From Macrostomum lignano (lineage: Eukaryota), in contig NIVC01001700.1 of the NCBI GenBank assembly GCA_002269645.1, positions 262,394-326,393 of the forward strand: a stretch of 64,000 nt of DNA, given 5' to 3'. Positions within the stretch are counted from its first letter, which is position 1. Each line of letters opens with the position of its first letter. Shown here in pieces: positions 27,401 through 40,030 of the stretch. The position numbers and the translations under genes are program-made. Below the pieces are notes generated by a model. That model did not search any database, was not told where the DNA came from, and saw only the letters and a list, made by a program, of their open reading frames with translations.

Positions 27401-30400
27401 TTCGAGAGGGAGAGGAAGAGGCAGTCAGGAAGTTGGCCCCGTGTTAATGGGTTGGACCGGCGGGCCCACGTCATGCAGCGCGAGCGATTTGATTAATGAC
27501 TGGCTGGCTGGCTGAGATCGGAGGAGTCGAAGCACCTCGGGGGATGGCGGATCCGTCTGAAGTGGATAATGGATTCTGATTTGTCAACTTTCCCGAAGCT
27601 TTCTAGAAGCAATTAACAATGTTGTTAATCTGTTCTTCTCTCTGTCGAGGAAATGTTTGAGTGTCAAATTATACCTAGGTCAGTATTCTGCAATTCACGA
27701 TAGGTCCACGGCCTCTCGTCTCAACTGTTGGTGATGCGATTTGCGTCACCATTGCCCCCCCCCTAGCTTAGGCTGGCGAGGAAAGAGAGGAGAGTTATGG
27801 CTGGAGCTGGATTAAAACCGGCCCCCGCCGGTTCAAACTGCCCAGTGTGGGTACTGTCGGTGGATTGACAGAACAATAAAGGCTGGCACGTAAGCACGCA
27901 GGGTTAGTCGCTAAAGCAATTAGTTAAATTGGCTATCATTTGACCTTCATGTCCGTGTTCAGCATATCCTTGATTGGGATAGCTCGTAGTTAGTGTAGCT
28001 CACACTGCCAAGTCCTGTGCGAGCGAGTCTCATTGGATTAAAACTGACGCTTGGGGTGACTCACGGCAGGTCAGTCTGAGCAATGATCGAAAACAATGGG
28101 TGATCAGTACTAAGTATAATTATTTATTTAATTCGCGCACTTATTTCTTATTAAAAGCTTCTGTGTCCATTAGCATAAAATCTTACAGTTTGTGCGCATC
28201 GTTTGATCTCCCTGACCATACATTGCATTGTACTTTTATGTGCCCTTTATAGTGCTCCCAGCTAACATGCACAGGCAGTGAACTGCTGTAGGTCAGGCAG
28301 TGAACTTCTGTAGGTCAGGCAGTGAACTTCTTTAGGTCAGGCAGTGAACTTCTGTAGGTCAGGCAGTGAACTTCTTTAGGTCAGGCAGTGAACTTCTGTA
28401 GGTCAGGCAGTGAACTTCTTTAGGTCAGGCAGTGAACTTCTGTAGGTCAGGCAGTGAAATTCTGTAGGTCAGGCAGTGAAATTTCGTAGGTCAGGCAGTG
28501 AACTGCTGTAGGTCAGGCAGTGAACTTCTTTAGGTCAGGCAGTGAACTGCTGTAGGTCAGGCAGTGAACTTCTTTAGGTCAGGCAGTGAACTTCTGTAGG
28601 TCAGGCAGTGAAATTCTGTAGGTCAGGCAGTGAAATTCTGTAGGTCAGGCAGTGAAATTCTGTAGGTCAAGCAGTGAACTTCTGTAGGTCAGGCAGTGAA
28701 CTGCTGGTGAAAGAGTGAATACAACAGTTAGGTCAGTAGGTCATGTAATGATCAGTAAACCAGCTATTAACAGGCAAACAACTCAGGAGCCGACCGACTT
28801 CAACTGATGCAGAAATCAATATTCTACTAACCCAATCTTCAATTTCCTGCTAGGAGGCTGACTTCGCCATCGGGCCGTTCACTATGACAGCGATTCGACA
28901 GACTGTCATCGACTTCTCAGTGCCCTTCATGCAGGACGGCAATGCAATATTAATTAAGAAGCCAGGTAAGGAACTAGAAATTACTGGAGAGTCAGCCATC
29001 TCTTGAGTAGATTCATGGACTCCAAAATAAAGTTTTTGGACTAGATCTATATTGAGGAGGAGAAACAATCGACAGAATGTGTTTGGTCAAGAAAAACTGT
29101 AATGCAGAAAAAGTATATAGTTACAAGTATTGATTAGTTTGCTAATTAGTAATTCAGTTATGAAATTATTATTGGATATATTCACGCTTAAACGCACTTG
29201 CAGAACAGGAGAACCCCATGTTCAGGGTACTCAGCCCATTCTCTCTGTATAGCTGGTTGGCTATTCTTGGCTCCATGCTGCTCAGCTCGTTCTGCATCTT
29301 CGTGTACTCGCGTCTGTCCCCGTTCTCCGGCTGGAACTTAAACCTGCCCGACCGGATCACGGACGAGGTGTCTTACAAGGAGAACTTGTGGTCCGCCATT
29401 GGCACTTTTCTGCAGCAAGGCGAGTTCGGGAATTTCTTGTGTTTTAGGATTTCATCTAAACTAGTCTAATTTAATGTAATGTAATGCAATGTAATATAAT
29501 GTATTGTAATCTAATCTAATCTAATCCAATCTAATCTATCTGATCTAACCTAATCTAATCTAATCTAATCTAATCTATCTGATATAATCTAATCTAATCT
29601 AATCCAATCGAATCCGATGTCATGTAATGTAATCTTATCTAATCCATTCTAATCTAATCTAATCTAATCAAAATCTGGTCTAATGGGATCTAATCTAGTC
29701 TAATCTAGTCTAATTTAATCCAATCTAATATAATATTTGTAATTAAATGTATTGCAATCTAAGGTAATGTAATATAATGTAATCCAATCTAATCTAATTC
29801 AATCCAATCTAGTCTAATCTAATCAGATCTAACCTAATTATGATCGAATGGGATCTAATCTAGTCTAATCTAGTAAAAAGGATTCATCGCCTAACCTTAC
29901 CTGTAAAATTTTGTGCACAATAAATGCTGAAAAATTCATGCCAATCAATCAATTGCAAACGAGTGCTGATCTGAAACTGCAGTGACCATTGGTTCCGACT
30001 CCTGCTTTGGTTTATTGTTTTAACTTTTCATTTTCATGCCACAAGAATCAAGGATAGAGGGCAAACAATAGATTGCTTAGGTGTTTATAGTAACCGCTTG
30101 GATGCATATAAGATGTCCTAATGCTATAACGTACAGTTTGCTTTTGCCAGCCAAGCTGTCAGCAGTAGATTTTGTCTTGTCCCCCCAAAGGGGGCTCAAG
30201 TGCTAGTCTGATGTACCAAACCCATTTCAATTAATCAACAGACCAGGACTTCTTTCCCGTGCTTGTCCCCCAAAGGGAGCTCAAGTGCTAGTCTGATGTA
30301 CCAAACCCATTTCAATTAATCAACAGGCCAGGACTTCTTTCCCGTGCTTGTCCCCCAAAGGGGGCTCAAGTGCTAGTCTGATGTACCAAACCCATTTCAA

Positions 30401-32633
30401 TTAATCAACAGGCCAGGACTTCTTTCCCATGCTTGTCCCCCAAAGGGGGCTCAAGTGCTAGTCTGATGTACCAAACCCATTTCAATTAATCAACAGGCCA
30501 GGACTTCTTTCCCATGCTTGTCCCCCAAAGGGGGCTCAAGTGCTAGTCTGATGTACCAAACCCATTTCAATTAATCAACAGGCCAGGACTTCTTTCCCAT
30601 GCTTGTCCCCCAAAGGGGGCTCAAGTGCTAGTCTGATGTACCAAACCCATTTCAATTAATCAACAGGCCAGGACTTCTTTCCCATGCTTGTCCCCAAAGG
30701 GGCTCAAGTGCTAGTCTGATGTACCAAACCCATTTCAATTAATCAACAGGCCAGGACTTCTTTCCCGTGGCTGCATCGGCCCGCATCGTGCTGGGACTCT
30801 GGTGGTGCACCGTGGTGGTCATCATGGCGCTGTACACAGCCGACATGATCGGCTACCTGACGCTGAACCTGCCGGCCACCAGCGTTGAAAGCTTGGAGCA
30901 GCTAGCCGCCCAGTCCGTTATCGAACCGGCTGTCAAGTCTGGCGCCAACGCCTACACGCTGTTTGAGGTTGGCTGGCTTTCGTCTTGATATACTAAACAA
31001 ATCAGCAAATTTGCGTATAAAGTACTTTCAGTAGAAAATTTTAAATACAAGTATTTTAGTGTATTTTAGGTTTTTGGTTGGCTTTTTTAGCATAATAACT
31101 CTACCGAACCGCGGCTAACACAGCGTTTAAAAATGTTCGCATGACCGCTGAGGGACACCCTGGCGCAACGCCTTCGCCAATATTGTCCCACAAAGCAAAC
31201 GAAAACCAGGGGTCGTGGCGCTAGGGTCAGACAAAATGTACATTACGGCTGCACCAATGGAAAGTTAGAGAAACTTAGGGCTCAAGAAGTAGAGTCGAGA
31301 AAGAGTATCTCAACATCAAAGTCACCCAGAGAAATCCTCAATCCGAGCAGAAGTCGCCGGCAGGAAGCACCTACAACAACATCTTCAAGCTCATGGGCAA
31401 CATGCCCAAGTTCACCGAGACTGAGCAGGGCGTCAATCTCGTCAAGGGAGCAAACTTCTCTGACCGACAATTTGCTTTTATTGGCGACCGAACTCAGCTG
31501 AGCTACTCGGCCCTCACCAACTGCGACTTGCTGCTGCTCAGCGACATCTTCAATGTAGCCACCTTCGGCTGGCCGATGCAGAAGGATGCGCCCTACAAAG
31601 AGGACATCAATAGAGAGTGGGTTTATGTTTTGTCACCCCTTTACAGCCCTCAAGCATGCCTGTTCCAAGAGTCACAGCGTCATAGTTGCTCTGCTGATCC
31701 ACCTCACTTCATGTCGCTTCTAACGTCATTGCTGATCCACCTCACTTCATGTCGCTTCTAACGTCACTGCTGATCCACCTCACTTCATGTCGCTTCTTAC
31801 GTCACTGCTGATCCACCTCACTTCATGTCGCTTCTTACGTCACTGCTGATCCACCTCACTTCATGTCGCTTCTTACGTCATTGCTGATCCACCTCACTTC
31901 ATGTCGCTTCTTACGTCACTGCTGCCCCACCTTACTTCATGTCGCTTCTAACGTCACTGCTGCCCCACCTCACTTCATGTCGCTTCTTACGTCATTGCTG
32001 ATCCACCTCACTTCATGTCGCTTCTTACGTCACTGCTGATCCACCTCACTTCATGTCGCTTCTTACGTCATTGCTGATCCACCTCACTTCATGTCGCTTC
32101 TTACGTCACTGCTGATCCACCTCACTTCATGTCGCTTCTTACGTCACTGCTGATCCACTTCACTTCATGTCGCTTCTTACGTCACTGCTGATCCACCTCA
32201 CTTCATGTCGCTTCTTACGTCACTGCTGATCCACCTCACTTCATGTCACTTCTTACGTCAGGACGTGCTGCTCCACTTCAATTTATGTCACTTCTTACGT
32301 CACTGCTCGAACCTCACTTCAATCCGTCGTCGCACCCCTCGCAGACTGCAGCGCCTGGTCGACAGCGGCTTAATGGCCCGTTGTATTAAGAAATGGTGGA
32401 GCGCCGAGAACATCTGCGCTATAGAAAGCGACCTGTCTGACGAGAAGCCAGTCGACCTGCTGCAGGCCGGCGGCACTTTCATCATTCTGGCCGGCTTCTT
32501 CGCCGCTGGCGCGGTGGTGCTGCTGGCCGAGTGCCTGCTGCACCAGATCACCCTCTGCTGCCGGAGATGCAGAACGGGCAACATTGGGAGGGCCGGCCGT
32601 CAGGGCTACAAAGTCAGTGGATCGCCTCAGTAG
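18420..32633 (+). CDS. Ionotropic receptor / iGluR-family subunit, IR25a-like (gene 2), 789 aa
   Basis: Exons: 18420-18504, 22945-23058, 24464-24921, 25403-25813, 26092-26201, 26972-27062, 28854-28965, 29204-29419 (GC donor), 30750-30967, 31351-31616, 32345-32633. Total 2370 nt, in frame. Motifs: PFTMTAIRQTVIDFS, GTFLQQG, LYTADMIGYLT, FAFIGDRTQLSYSALTNCDL (compare IR25a FAFLGDATDIRY..LTNCDL), KKWW, M4 GGTFIILAGFFAAGAVVLLAE. AATAAA at 32647. Confidence 0.92.
18685..22910. repeat. 4.2-kb 45-mer minisatellite (TGAAGTGTCCATTCTGGGCTGTCACTGTCTCCACTGTAGTTGTCA)
   Basis: About 94 copies filling gene 2 intron 1. Confidence 0.99.
23105..24435. repeat. 8-mer array (GACAGTTT/GACAGTCT)
   Basis: Fills gene 2 intron 2. 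Confidence 0.98.
26295..26890. repeat. 81-mer array
   Basis: About 7 copies in gene 2 intron 5. Confidence 0.97.
28275..28705. repeat. 22-mer array (GCAGTGAACTTCTGTAGGTCAG)
   Basis: About 19 copies in gene 2 intron 6. Confidence 0.95.
29470..29875. repeat. (AATCT)n degenerate microsatellite
   Basis: Gene 2 intron 8. Confidence 0.9.
30176..30766 (+). repeat. 85-mer array spanning a 3' splice site and exon start
   Basis: Seven copies of catttcaattaatcaacag|(G/A)CCAGGACTTCTTTCCC; the last copy overlaps the real exon at 30750. Confidence 0.97.
31690..32310. repeat. 38-mer array (TGCTGATCCACCTCACTTCATGTCGCTTCTTACGTCAC)
   Basis: About 15 copies in gene 2 intron 10. Confidence 0.96.
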
Positions 32634-32673
32634 AAAAGCTTTAAAGAATAAATCCACGAAACTATATAGTTTA

Positions 32674-32946
32674 GGGCTGTAGCCTAGTGGTTTGAGCGTC
32701 GGACTCACGACTGAAAGGTCGAGGGTTCGATTCTCGACCCACTCGGAACAATTTTTGTCCTCGAGCAACTCTGCATTGCTTCAGTTCACTCAGCTGTAAA
32801 ATGCATTAGCTGGGGTAATTTAGGGGGGTGTGGGGCGACCCCCCCCCAGTCCTTGGACTGGACAGCCGTACGCAGCCTTCAGATGCGCCGCGCAATAGCT
32901 GCGGCTGAGCTGTCGGTTGCACGTCTGCCCATAGTTATTATTATTA
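32674..32946 (+). mobile_element. tRNA-derived SINE with CORE-like central domain
   Basis: A box TAGCCTAGTGG, B box GGTTCGATTC, central cagttcactcagctgtaaaatg resembling the MIR/CORE motif, and a (TTA)n end. Confidence 0.75.
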
Positions 32947-33484
32947 CAATTATATTTTATTTTTATCGGTGAACCAGAAATGGTAACTCAGACTCTGTAT
33001 TCTGTACACATTTCAATTGGATTGATATTTAAAACGTCATTTAAAAAACATTGATTTAATATGCTTGTTATAGTTTGTCTCCAATATACTCGTATAAACT
33101 GGATAATAATTCAGTTTGCGAAATTAATATGATGATATAATCACTCTTAGGTTGCAGTTCATCAAAACGCGAGTTGAACTGCAACAATTCAATCTTACAT
33201 TATAAAGTTAATCAATTTTTTGCGCTAATCATAACTTTAACGGTATACTACTACTTAGTAGCATAGTTCAGTTTAATAAGATTTGCTGTCATGCAAATTT
33301 TTGCATTATATTTACATCAGAAAATCCGTATTATTTTTTTATCTAAAAATTACTAAACAGTTTATTATTGATGAATATCAAAGTGTTGTAAACTATAATA
33401 TAAAGTGTTATATAAATCAGGCTTTCTGAATGCACTTTCTTACATTAAATTTACCTGCTGCGAGCTTTCGAATGTTCTCGACAA

Positions 33485-34385
33485 GATTATCCCAGATTAT
33501 CCCAGATTATCCCAGATTATCCCAGATTATTCCAGATTATCCCAGATGATCCCAGATTATCCCAGATTATCCCAGATTATTCCAGATTATCCCAGATGAT
33601 CCCAGATTATCCCAGATTATCCCAGATTATCCCGGATTATCCCACATTATCCCACATTATCCCAGATTATCCAGATTATCCTAGATTATCCAGATTATCC
33701 AGATTATCCCAGATTATCCCGGAATATCCCACATTATCCCACATTATCCCAGATTATCCAGATTATCCTAGATTATCCAGATTATCCAGATTATCCCAGA
33801 TTATCCCGGATTATCCCACATTATCCCACATTATCCCAGATTATCCAGATTATCCTAGATTATCCAGATTATCCAGATTATCCCAGATTATCCCGGAATA
33901 TCCCACATTATCCCACATTATCCCAGATTATCCAGATTATCCTAGATTATCCAGATTATCCAGATTATCCCAGATTATCCCGGAATATCCCACATTATCC
34001 CACATTATCCCAGATTATCCAGATTATCCTAGATTATCTAGATTATCCAGATTATCCCAGATTATCCAGATTATCCATATTATCTAGTTTATCCCAGATT
34101 ATCCCAATTATATCAGATTATCACAGATTATCTCAGATTATCTCGATTATCCCAGATTATCTCAGAGTATCCCAGATTATCTAAATTATCCCAAATCAAC
34201 CAAATTACCCAGATCATCCAGATTATCCAGATCATTCAGATTATCCAGATCATTCAGATTATCTCGATTATCCAGATTATTGAGATTATCCAGACTACCC
34301 AGATCATTCAGAATATCCAGATTACTCAGTTTATCCCAGATTTTCCCAGATTACTATCCAGATTTAAAAGGTTATCCAGATTTCA
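33485..34385. repeat. ~10-mer array (ATCCCAGATT)
   Basis: Direct reading. Confidence 0.95.
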
Positions 34386-34905
34386 AAGATTATAATCTTA
34401 ATAATACCTACATGTAAATAAATAGGCTTTCGATTATAGGTTTTTTGGCTTTAACGTGGTTTTGAAAACTGTGGAAAAAGTATCAACTCTGACTCTGAGC
34501 TCCTTGAATGCTAATTTTTGTTTTTTTGTTGGAATTTATCTTGCGGTTTGCCTGATTTTTTGCCTCCTAAGGGGGGGGGAGAATCGCTGCCTTTGAGCTG
34601 CAGGCAGGTCTGCCCTTGTCTGACCCAGTTCCCTGCCTTATGCCTTTCAACATTACCTTTTTCTTTTTTAGCTCTCATACCCTCTGTGCTTTGGTCAATT
34701 AGCGATTTTCATAGTCGAGGAAGGGGGAAGATACTGCATGCGAACTGAGGCCTGCAGAGAGAATCCTCTGGGCATGGGGACAGTAACAGATGGGAGAAGT
34801 GCTGGGACGAATTTCCGAACTACTCAAGCAGACTGAACGACCGGTCAGCATCATAAATGAATTGGTGCATTATTTAGACCCAAAATATTGTTTCTAGCCA
34901 TGATC

Positions 34906-35480
34906 ACTGCCTACAGCATAGAGCAGATTCTGTAGCATCGGTCAAGTGGCAGAGGCTACAGCATAGAGCAGATTCTGTAGCATCGGTCAAGTGGCAGAGG
35001 CTACAGCATAGAGCAGATTCTTTAGCATCGGTCAAGTGGCAGAGGCTACAGCATAGAGCAGATTCTGTAGCATCGGTCAAGTGGCAGAGGCTACAGCATA
35101 GAGCAGATTCTGTAGCATCGGTCAAGTGGCAGAGGCTACAGCATAGAGTAGATTCTGTAGCATCGGTCAAGTGGCAGAGGCTACAGCACAGAGCAGATTC
35201 TTTAGCATCGGTCAAGTGGCAGAGGCTACAGCATAGAGCAAATTCTGTAGCATCGGTCAAGTGGCAGAGGCTACAGCATAGAGCAGATTCTTTAGCATCG
35301 GTCAAGTGGCAGAGGCTACAGCATAGAGCAGATTCTGTAGCATCGGTCAAGTGGCAGAGGCTACAGCATAGAGCAGACCCCGTGGCATCGGTCAAGTGGC
35401 AGAGGCTACAGCACAGAGCAGACCCCGTGGCATCGGTCAAGTGGCAGAGGCTACAGCACAGAGCAGACCCCGTGGCATCG
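34906..35480. repeat. 45-mer array (GCTACAGCATAGAGCAGATTCTGTAGCATCGGTCAAGTGGCAGAG)
   Basis: About 12 copies. Confidence 0.96.
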
Positions 35481-35999
35481 GCGAGTTCGGGGAGCCTGCA
35501 GGCAGGCAAGGCATGCCTGGATGCTTAATGGGGGCAGCGGAAGCGCGGGCAGAGCAGCACAAAAGGCAGGCAGTGGCTGCTGATTGAGCGGAGGAATCCG
35601 GCAGGCAGGAACAGTGGAAGAGGCAGCCAGGTAGATTAGGAGTGGGGCGGAGGCTGGCGGGAAGCGAACGCCAAACATCCGGCAGGGTAATCAGCATTGG
35701 CCCGATCAGGAAAAGACCTTCGCGCATCCGGGTTTGTTTGCAAGGTGCACAGGTTGGTGCCGGCTTATTCGCTCATCTCGTGACTCTCTCCCTCATTCTC
35801 GCGCGGGTTGGCAAATCAAACAGTGGGGGCGGGGAGAGCTGAGCTAATAGCTAGCATTAGAGCTGCTTTTCCGCGATTGACTCAAGCCACAGCTGCTGGG
35901 CTTAGGATAACCTGACGGAGAAAACGATGAGCTGTCTGATTTTTTAACATCGGCGAAGCGAGGGAAAATCGACAGGCGGATAAAGAGTTAGCAGGGTAC

Positions 36000-36390
36000 T
36001 AGGGTAGCCGAGCCAGAGCTATCCTGGATGGATATTGGGGTAGCCGAGCCAGAGCTATCCTGGATGGATATTGGGGTAGCCGAGCCAGAGCTATCCTGGA
36101 TGGATATTGGGATAGCCGAGCCAGAGCTATCCTGGATGGATATTGGGGTAGCCGAGCCAGAGCTATCCTGGATGGATATTGGGGTAGCCGAGCCAGAGCT
36201 ATCCTGGATGGATATTGGGGTAGCCGAGCCAGAGCTATCCTGGATGGATATTGGGGTAGCCGAGCCAGAGTTACCCTGGATGGATATTGGGGTAGCCGAG
36301 CCAGAGCTATCCTGGATGGATATTGGGGTAGCCGAGCCAGAGTTACCCTGGATGGATATTGGGTAGCCGAGTCAGAGTTACCCTGGACGG
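36000..36390. repeat. 36-mer array (GGGGTAGCCGAGCCAGAGCTATCCTGGATGGATATT)
   Basis: About 10 copies. Confidence 0.96.
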
Positions 36391-37039
36391 GTATTGGGGT
36401 CGCCAAGCCGATCCTGGACAGATATTGGGGTAGCCAAGCCGGGAGCGAACTTGGACGGCCACCTTGGGACATTGGGGTAGCAAACCCATGCCGGGTAAAA
36501 AGTTATGCAAGGTAGAAGAACTAGTAAAATTCTTCAGAAAATGAAATCGCTGTTAAACCTAGTCGATTTCCCTGTCCTGTTGCAAATCCCGGAAGTTGGC
36601 CGCCCACTTCCCTCTATCAGCGGTCTGATTTATCGATCCGATTCAAGCTGCAAAATCAGCACCACTTTTCGCTTTCTGCCATTGCCATGGCCCTTAAATC
36701 TCAAGCGAGACTTGCCAGCGAGCGAGCTGAATGAGAGCCGGGGGTGGGGGTTCCGGCACAGAAGCTCTTCCCCAGCCAGCTTAAAGAATTAGAATCCCTA
36801 AAACTCACTTTAGAACAAAAAGAGTCCAACAGGTGATTTCTGGCCCGATTGGGAAACTACTGCTTGTCGCATAGGCGAGCGCTTAGCGCAGGAAAGTGTA
36901 GTATAAGAAATGTACTTTAGTAGCAGCTGGATTTGTGAAGCGAAAGGAGTGGAATGGAAGCTATTTTACACAGTTAACTTGCACTTGCTTCATTTTGGTT
37001 GTTCCGCCACTCTTAGTTCTGGCCTCTCACTGGTCAGTG

Positions 37040-37500
37040 CCCTTCTCTCCCTCTCCCTGTATGCCTCTCTCCATGCCTGCCTCTCTCTCTGACTGCCTCT
37101 CTCCCTCTCCCTGTCTGCTTCTGTCCCTCTCCCTCTCTCCCTCTCTCCCTCTCCTCCTCTCCCTTTCTGCCTCTCCCTCTCTCCTTCTCCTCCTCTCCTC
37201 CTCTCCCTTTCCCTTTCCCTCTCTCCCTCTCCCTCTCATCCTTTCCCTCTCTTCTTTTCCCTCTCTCCCTCTCCCTCCCTCTCCCTCCGTCTCCCTCTCT
37301 CCCTCTCTTCCTCTCCCTCTCCCTCTCTCCCTCTCTCCCTCTCTACATCTCTCCCTCTCCTCCTCTCCCTTTCTCCCTCTCCCTCTCTCGTTCTCCTCCT
37401 CTCCTCCTCTCCCTTTCCCTCTCTCCCTCTCCCTCCGTCTCCCTCTCTCCCTCTCTGCCTCTCTTCATCTCCCTCTCTCCATTTCCGTGTCTTCCTCTCT
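37040..37500. repeat. CT-rich low-complexity tract
   Basis: Direct reading. Confidence 0.9.
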
Positions 37501-38644
37501 CCCATGTCACAACATTTCTATCTGTCTTCTATTATTGAAGATTTATCCCTTTTAAACCTCTGCATCTCGTCACATTCTTACACAATCTTCATCTCCCACT
37601 TTCTGTCCATCACACTTCCTGTTGAGTTTCCCATGCTATCCCGCTTGATGAACATGGGGACAGGGCGCTTGCTTCTGCGACCGCAGGAAATATTTCCAGT
37701 GATCCCTGAGCCGGTTCAACATTAGAAAAGTGATCGGCAGCTGTCCTCGGGTGCAGGCTCAAACGACCCCTTCATCATCAACTCTTGTTCCCAACTGCTG
37801 CTTAATTAACAAAACGAGGTCAAGTCTCGATTCCGTGTCTCGAACACAAAAAGGAAAGTTACGCCGGGTCAAGCCAAATCGCTTTCTTTAGCAAGACAGA
37901 CTCATTCAACTGTATTGAGGCTCAGGCCCCTGGGCAGGTTTGGCCTTTCGTACTGAAATTTTTAATCAAGGATCCATTAACTAAGTTGAGAAGAAAAGAA
38001 GACTGTCGAAGATTCGAGTGCAACGATTTTGAAGGAATAATTCAAGAAGCATCTCTCTGATTTCCTATCTTCCTGCCTATCAGCAGGAGCTGATCGAGCA
38101 TGCAAACACGGAATATTTGAGCATTCATCGGAGCGGAATTATGACGTGCTCAAAATATAAAAGATGGGGAGTTGACTGGAGAGCTATATATAAACTGGCT
38201 CGATACCCAAGAGGGGTTTTGGACACCAGTGTACTTGAACGCATCGGCAACAACACGGGCGCTGCATACTGAATATTAAAAGCGACGGAGGGTCCAGTCG
38301 CGAGTATTGCTGGATTGGCTTTCTCATAAGCAGTAAAATTTGTGAATTAATAAATGCGCTAGACAAGGACTAACTCATCAAGGCGCTCGCCTGTAAACTA
38401 CCTCAGAACCAAACACTGGGCAGCACTTGAGCACTAATGGTGCTTCAAAAAGCACTGTGCACTTTACTGTCGAGGCTTGAGAACCCTCATTGGGACTCTG
38501 CGATATTAAAACGAATAATGCATCTGCAATCCCGCACTGCAATAGGAAATCTTCTCATTACAAAATAGCTTATGTCAGCTTTGAATTATTTAATATGATT
38601 CTAGCCATATCGTTTCAACCAATAGAATAGAATAGACATAGAAC

Positions 38645-39140
38645 TAACCCTATCCCTAGCCCTAACCCTAGCCCTAGCTCTAGCCTAGCACTAGCCCTAA
38701 CCCTTACCACAGCCCAACCCTAACCCTAATCCTAGCCCTAGCCCTAGCCCTAGCCCTAACTCTAGCCTAACCCTAGCCTAACTCTAGCCCTGACCCTAGC
38801 CCTAACTCTAACCCTAACCCTCTAGCCTAACCCTAGCCTAACCCTAGCCCTGACCCTAGCCCTGACCCTAGCCTTAACCCTAGACCTAACTCTAGCCTAA
38901 CCCTAGCCCTAACCCTAGCCCTAGCCTTAACTCTAGCCTAACCCTAGCCTAACTCTAGCCCTGACCCTAGCCCTAACTCTAACCCTAACCCTCTAGCCTA
39001 ACCCTAGCCCTAACCCTAGACCTAACTCTAGCCTAACCCTAGCCCTAACTCTGGCCTAGCACTAGCCCTAACCCTAACCCCAGCCCAACCCTAGCCCTAA
39101 TCCTAGCCCTCGTCCTATTCCTAACCCTAGCCCTAGCCCT
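38645..39140. repeat. Telomere-like (CCCTAA/CCCTAG/CTCTAG)n tract
   Basis: Degenerate hexamer repeat. Confidence 0.92.
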
Positions 39141-39164
39141 CAATTCTGAATATTGTGAAACAAA

Positions 39165-39365
39165 TGCAAAGTACTATAAGTGGCGTCTTGAAGGTCCCGA
39201 AAGGGTGCCAGCATCGGCCAGTGGGCGTTCGAAGAAGCTCCAAAGCGGCGTTGACAATTGAGTAGTCGCCGATCTTGAAGGCGGCGCGGCAGCTATCCAG
39301 AGTACAGGTCTCGGCGTTGTACACCAGGTCTCGACTAGCACCTGGAACAGCGCCGCCCTGGACTG
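39165..39365 (-). mobile_element. RTE-clade LINE ORF2 remnant
   Basis: Frameshifted translation RAALFQVLVET/LVYNAETCTL..RAAFKIG..NAAL resembles the RTE motif LF..VE.VLLY.AETWTL. Confidence 0.6.
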
Positions 39366-39904
39366 CCCTTCACTGAGACTTTATTATTTGCTGTAAATTT
39401 GTGACTATAGTGGTTAAAACAAGAGTTTTGTTTTGATTCGATGCACTAGGAGTTGAGTGAAACTGAGAGCGAGCTAGGCTTCGCCAGTGCCTGTGAAATG
39501 ACACATTTCTCTCCAAACCGCCCCCCCCCAGTCCGTGCATGGTGCCTCAATTTGCATGAAATATTAGTCGAGGCTGGCAACAAAAAGTCCACACGGGCGC
39601 TAACCTCGCCCCGAAGGGGGGGGGGGCGGAGCAGGAAGGAGATCTCGCTGATTTTTTTGGTTGGTTAGCGAGCCGTCTGCTGCTTTTCCCCGCGGTTGTC
39701 CTGAGATTGAATTCGCCGCGAAAGAGCAAATTAGCTGGCTATGGAGAGCCCGAGCTTGGCCAGCCCCACCCACCGCAACATGTTGATTCACTTCGGCCAG
39801 TGTGCGGTCTCTTTCAAAGCAGGGGTTCTCTGACGTTCACGGAATTCCATTAGCTCTCAAAAGATGTACTGATACGAGCGTAGACTTTTGGACAGGTAAA
39901 CTCA

Positions 39905-40030
39905 TAGAATGGTAGTGGTAGAATGGCACTGGTAGAATGGGACTGGCAGAATGGCACTGGCAGAATGGCACTGGTAGAATGGCACTGGCAGAATGGCACT
40001 GGCAGAATGGCACTGGTAGAATGGCACTGG
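39905..40030. repeat. 14-mer array (GTAGAATGGCACTG)
   Basis: About 9 copies. Confidence 0.9.

Noticed and set aside
32674-32745. tRNA gene (Val-CAC-like)
   Set aside because: The acceptor and anticodon stems pair poorly, and the sequence continues into a SINE body and tail.
37980-38560. Possible decayed transposase or coding region
   Set aside because: Multiple stops in the frames I examined and no recognisable motif.
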